DNA of 64,000 nt from Macrostomum lignano. Its lineage: Eukaryota. Both the position numbers and the translations under genes were made by a program. The stretch covers positions 10,335-74,334 of the forward strand of contig NIVC01000333.1 of NCBI GenBank assembly GCA_002269645.1. Direction: 5' to 3'. Below, one piece after another: positions 58,765-64,000 of the stretch; the first letter of the stretch is position 1; each line of letters starts with the position of its first letter. A model generated the notes under the pieces. It made no database searches and was not told the DNA's origin. It worked only from the letters and a program-made list of their open reading frames with translations.

Positions 58765-59295
58765 CTCAGGTACCCTTAGAAATACCCGTTTTTTTTCTAT
58801 TTGCTCAGGTACCCTTAAAAATACCCCTTAGTGATTGTACTCAGGTACCCTTAGAAATACCCCTTAGCGATTGTACTCAGGTACCCTTAGAAATTCCCCT
58901 TAGTGACTGTATTCAGGTACCCTTAGAAATACCCCTTAGTGATTGTACTCAGGTACCCTTAGAAATATCCCTTAGTGATTGTACTCAGGTACCCTTAGAA
59001 ATGCCCCTTAGTGATTGTATTCAGGTACCCTTAGAAATACCCCTTAGTGATTGTACTCAGGTACCCTTAGAAATGCCCCTTAGTGATTGTACTCGGGTAC
59101 CCTTAGAAATGCCCCTTAGTGATTGTACTCGGGTACCCTTAGAAATATCCTTAGTGATTGTACTTAGGTACCCTTAGAAATGCCCCTTAGTGATTGTACT
59201 CAGGTACCTTAGAAATACCCCTTAGTCATTGTACACAGGTACCCTACCTTAGACATACCCGTTTTTTCAATATGCTCAGGTACCCTTAGAAATAA
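58765..59295 (+). repeat. 36-bp minisatellite (CTCAGGTACCCTTAGAAATACCCCTTAGTGATTGTA)n just 3' of DDR
   Basis: Period 36, ~14 copies. Confidence 0.93.
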
Positions 59296-59340
59296 CCCTT
59301 TATCATCCCACTATGTCATAGATACGCCTCTCCTTCATGC

Positions 59341-60359
59341 TCAGCCGTCCGCCAGAGTCAGGTGTCGCATCAGCCAGTCTGTCTCGGCGCAGAAGCCGAT
59401 GCACTTGCGCCTCAAGAACAGGTGCATCTCGCGGAACCGCGGCCGCCGGCTCTCGTCCCGCTGCCAGCACTCGCTCATGAGGTCGTACAGCTCCCGCTGG
59501 CAGTCCGTCGGTCTGGACGGTCGCAGCGCGCTCTGCTCGCCATCCATGACCCGGCGGCAGTTCTCAACCACCTGCTGGTCGGTGAGCTGAGCCAGCGCGC
59601 AGCTCCGGCAGAAGGTCAGCAGCTCCCACAGGAGCACGGCGAAGCTCCAGGCGTCGCTACGACTGGAGAACCGGCCGTGCAGAGCCGCCTCCCAGGACAT
59701 CCAGCGGACTGGCAGGGCGACAGTCGCCCCGGCGTTGGACGCGCCGTCGCCGGCGACGTTCACCCGGCAGTAGCTGGCCGAGTACAGCGGCCTGGACATG
59801 CCAAAGTCGCAGATTTTCACCTGGCAGCCGGCGCCCAGCAGGCAGTTGCGACAGGCCAGATCCGGTGGGCAACCTGCATGGCCTCCAAGTACTTCATGCC
59901 GCTGGCAACCTGACTGGCCAGGTGCACCAGGCAGCCGTGGCACTTGGCCGGGCTGTCCAAGGCCTCGGCCGGTGTCCGGCGCAGCAGCAGCTGATGCAGG
60001 TCGCCGAACTCCGCGAACTCAACCAGCAGCATCGTTTGTCGCCGTCTCGCCGTCGCCGTCGTCGTACCGTCACCGTTGGCCATCGACTCGGACACCACGG
60101 CCAGCAGGCGGACAATGTTGGGATCGCGCAGGCGCGCCAGCAGCCGAGTCTCCCGGCGGAAGTCGCGCCGAGCCTGGGCGCCGGCGTCCGGTCGCAGAAT
60201 CTTCGCGGCAGCCGGCACCGGAGCGGAGGCTGGCGCGGGCCGCCAGTCGACGAGGCGGACTTCGCCGAACTGACCAACGCCGAGGCGTCGCGCAGCGTCA
60301 CGGCTTCGGCGGGCACCTCCAGGTCGGCCAGGACCTGGCGCTCGGCAGCCGGAACGGCT

Positions 60360-60394
<35 letters not shown>

Positions 60395-61930
60395 CGCATG
60401 GGGTCGTTCCGAGTCGATGGCGGGCGGGCAGGCGTACACTGCCGTGCCGGTGCAGCCTGCGAGGCGCAGTTTGAATACTACTGTGAGTAATACGAGCGTA
60501 GAGCGTCTAAATAGACGAAGTTGTACGAAAATTCGTAGGCGAATTTACGCAAGGTGCAATCTACTGTGTCCTTGTGTGCAATCTACTGTGTCCTTGTGTG
60601 CAATCTACTGTGTCCTTGTGTGCAATCTACTGTGTCCTTGTGTGCAATCTACTGTGTCCTTGTGTACAATCTACTGTGTCCTTGTGTGCAATCTACTGTG
60701 TCCTTGTGTGCAATCTACTGTGTCCTTGTGTACAATCTACTGTGTCCTTGTGTGCAATCTACAGTCTCCCTGTGTGAAATCTACAGTCTCCCTGTGTGCA
60801 ATCTACAGTCTCCCTGTGTGCAATCTACAGTCTCCCTGTGTGCAATCTACAGTCTCCCTGTGTGCAATCTACAGTCTCCCTGTGTGCAATCTACAGTCTC
60901 CCTGTGTGCAATCTACAGTCTCCCTGTGTGCAATCTACAGTCTCCCTGTGTGCAATCTACAGTCTCCCTGTGTGCAATCTACAGTCTCCCTGTGTGCAGG
61001 TATAATTAAAAGCCCTCCAGCGACGACCCCGACAAGATTCGCTGCACACCCTGAATGTTGAGATCTGACGGGAACCGGGGCACCGGAGGAGGCGGCGGCA
61101 GCGGCGGCAGAAGGGGGCCCGCCGCTCCGTTGCTGCCAAGAAGCGGAACGCCGCAGAGGCCTCTGGCGTACAGCGGCTGCTGCGGCTGCTGGCCACCGCC
61201 GCCACCGCCTCCGCCTCCGCCGTTTGCATTCAGCAAGAGCAGCGGGGCTTGCGGGCAGGGAGGCAGAGGGCTGCTGGCGTAGTGAAAGTAGAGCGGCTGC
61301 TGCTGCTGCTGTTGCTGCTGTGTCGTCTGCGAGTGCATCTGCGATAAGCGCGGGCCGCACAGGGAGGCGCTGGCATACTCGTGGCTGGTGCGGCTGTGCA
61401 GCTTGTGGCCCCGCGGCTGATGCTGCTGCTGCTGCTTTCGCCTCCGACGCCGCTCGGCGCCGTTCTGCGCGACTCGGTGCAGCGCGCGCCGGTCGCCGAC
61501 TCCGTCGCCGATCTCATCCTCCTCCTCCTCGTCGAAGTTGTCCATCGCCTCCAGGCGCTTCTCGTCTTCTTCTTCTTCCTCGTCGGACTCCGGCAGGCTG
61601 TTGTAGGTGCCGAGGACGGCCGGACGGCCGCTGCGCCGCGAAGTCGAGGTGGACGGCGGCGCCGATTGTGGCATCGGTCGAATCAGCGGCAGCTCCAGCA
61701 GCTCCGGCGGCCGGAGAAGCGGTGGTCGATTTGCTAGGCAAGCCGGACATCGAGCAGCCGCCGCTTCCGCCGTTGCCGGCGCCGATGAAGCCGAAGCCGA
61801 TCGCCTTGCCGAACAGGCGCCTGCGTCGGCAGTGGCGTCGACGGCGGATGCAGAACAAACCGACGACCAGAAGCAGCAGAGTTGAGCCCAGCAGGCAGGC
61901 CGAGATCAAAGCAATGTAAGCCAGCTCGCT

Positions 61931-61971
<41 letters not shown>

Positions 61972-62175
61972 GCCGCCCACTCCCGTCGTCCATGTGCGCT
62001 TCACCGCTGTTCGTGTTTGTGTTTGGAATCTCCGCATCTCCTGGCGTCTTAGGAGGCGGTTGCCGCGGCGGATGCGGCTGCTGAGGTGGCACCGCAGCCG
62101 CCTGATTGCTGACGTTGTCGTCAAAGCCGAGCCAGCTGTCGTCGCGTTCCGGCGACGGCGGAGACCGAACGATGC
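59341..62175 (-). CDS. DDR: Discoidin domain receptor (DDR)-like RTK, 3' part (TM, juxtamembrane, kinase); exons 61050..62175 and 59341..60456, three apparent 1-nt indels
   Basis: TM LAYIALISACLLGSTLLLLVVGLFCI-RRRR; NIQG|CTGTAVYA resembles DDR LQGVTGGNTY; LGVGQFGEV, HRDLACRNCL, DFGMSRPLY, LPVRWMSWE, RPRFREMHLFLRRK. Indels near 61622, 60285 and 59862; ectodomain exons not seen. Confidence 0.85.
60554..61000 (+). repeat. 22-bp minisatellite in two blocks (GTGCAATCTACTGTGTCCTTGT then GTGCAATCTACAGTCTCCCTGT), DDR intron
   Basis: Unit switch near 60760. Confidence 0.95.
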
Positions 62176-62179
62176 CTGT

Positions 62180-62615
62180 ATTAGTGTGAGTATGAATATG
62201 AGTATAAACATGAGTGTAAGCATGAGTATGAGCATGAGTGTAAGCATGAGTATGAGCATGAGTATGAGCATGAGCATGAACATGAACATCATGAGCATGA
62301 GCATGAACATGAGTATGAGTATGAGTATGAATATAAGTTATGAGTATGAGTATGAGCATGAGTATGAGCATGAGCATGAGTATGAGCATGAGTATGAGCA
62401 TGAGCATGAACATGAACAACATGAGCAATGAGCATGAGTATGAGCATGAGCATGAGTATGAGCATGAGTATGAGCATGAGTATGAGCATGAGTATGAGCA
62501 TGAGTATGAGCATGAGCATGAACATGAACAACATAAGCAATGAGCATGAGTATGAGCATGAGTATGAGCATGAGCATGAACATGAACAACATGAGCGATG
62601 AGCATGAGTACGAGC
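62180..62615 (+). repeat. Hexamer array (ATGAGC/ATGAGT/ATGAAC)n starting at the DDR acceptor
   Basis: Directly visible. Confidence 0.93.
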
Positions 62616-63304
62616 GCACTAGTATGAGAAAGCTGTTCTGAGACGAGAAGGAAAGTTAATGAAGCAGTAATTCAATGATTGCAGTTCCAATTTTTTGGCG
62701 AGATTGAAACATTGAAACAAACTCCCCCACTCCCTCGTGTCCAACAGTAACTAATTTGTTGATGAACGGGAGGCAAGCATAGGGATCTGGGAATCAATGC
62801 TTCGCAGCGGGATATTTTTCTCCAAAAACTCGTGCTAATTAAAGCCTAAAAAAGCGAGCCGGCTGTAGCCGAAAGACTGAAAAAATGACTAAAAAAATCT
62901 CGTCGCAGAGGGGCGGTGGCTCCTCGACTTGCCTTCAGGCATCAATCAGCGCTGGCCAAGCCGTATAACACGGCTAATTCCCGTGGATTTCATCCCATCG
63001 CTGTCCCTGCCGCAATAGCCATCCCGTTGCGCTAAAAACGTCGCATCAGTAATAATCGGTTTTGGTTTTATCGGGGTTGTCAACTTGGCCAGGCTCCGGC
63101 TCTCTTGAACCCTGGCCTAGCAGCAATTCCTGCATCTGCAATCCAGAAAACAAGCTGATAGAAATGACTCATTTGTGTATGTTTGCCCCCAGGGCTTGGG
63201 AGGGCCGAGTCTGACTTTGGTAGGGGCCAGGGGGCATGTGCCACTGTTCACCTGCACTCGAAGGGCGTCGTAGACATTTTGAAACGCATTTTTCACCTTT
63301 CCCA

Positions 63305-64000
63305 GTTCCTATTCTGAAATCCTCTCAAATAGAATTCCCCAATTCTGAAATCCCCTCAAATAGAATTCCCCATTCTGAAATCCTCTCAAATAGAATTCCC
63401 CGCTCTGAAATCCTCTCAAATAGAATTCCCCGCTCTGAAATCCTCTCAAATAGAATTCCCCGCTCTGAAATCCTCTCAAATAGAATTCCCCGCTCTGAAA
63501 TCCTCTCAAATAGAATTCCCGATTCTGAAATCCTCTCAAATAGAATTCCCCAATTCTGAAATCCTCTCAAATAAAATTCCCCAATTCTGAAATCCTCTCA
63601 AATAGAATTCCCCAATTCTGAAATCCTCTCAAATAGACTTTCCAATTCTGAAATCCTCTCAAATAGACTTCCCAATTCTGAATCCTCTCAAATAGAATTC
63701 CCCATTCTGAAATCCTCTCAAATAGAATTCCCCAATTCTGAAATCCTCTCAAATAGAATTCCCCAATTCTGAAATCCTTTCAAATAGAATTCCCCAATTC
63801 TGAAATCCTCTCAAATAGACTTCCCAATTCTGAAATCCTCTCAAATAGAATTCCCCATTCTGAAATCCTCTCAAATAGAATTCCCCGCCTCTGAAATCCT
63901 CTTAAATAGAATTCCCCATTCTGAAATCCCCTCAAATAGAATTCCAAAATTCTGAAATCCTCTCAAATAGAATTACCCGTCTGAAATCCTCACAAATAGA
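63305..64000 (+). repeat. 30-bp minisatellite (TTCTGAAATCCTCTCAAATAGAATTCCCCA)n, runs off the window
   Basis: Period 30-31. Confidence 0.95.

Noticed and set aside
59341-62175. Calling DDR a pseudogene
   Set aside because: Only homopolymer-associated indels, no nonsense codons, conserved motifs and splice sites; assembly error is more likely but unproven.
61906-62619. M/L/I-rich and His-Ala repeat ORFs
   Set aside because: Translations of the ATGAGC/ATGAGT hexamer array in a DDR intron.

Overview
Eukaryotic (animal) genomic DNA in the standard code. GC-rich exons alternate with AT-rich or minisatellite-filled introns. The style suggests a free-living flatworm such as Macrostomum, but that is inference only. 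I reconstructed genes by hand from GT-AG sites with matching phases. On +: a 5'-partial class C (GPRC5/boss-like) GPCR exon. Then eight consecutive genes on -: neurocalcin, OSTC/DC2, a SARA/endofin FYVE protein, a small unidentified spliced gene, an intronless ependymin-like gene, a GAPR-1/GLIPR2-like CAP gene, a Src-family kinase and the 3' part of a DDR receptor kinase. Mobile DNA comprises two DNA-transposon MITEs with 8-bp TSDs, related fragments, two tRNA-derived CORE-like SINE copies, a mariner transposase relic and a possible Crypton-like relic. About 27 distinct tandem arrays are present, and almost every intron over 450 bp is filled by its own array. Most long ORFs in the supplied track are repeat artefacts. 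Several single-base indels in short homopolymers break otherwise conserved genes and are probably consensus errors. I see no prokaryotic system or CRISPR array. The most interesting signals are the intron-private minisatellites, inverted minisatellite arms enclosing an exon, a SARA homologue lacking the Smad-binding segment, and an unannotated gene in an operon-like position upstream of SARA.
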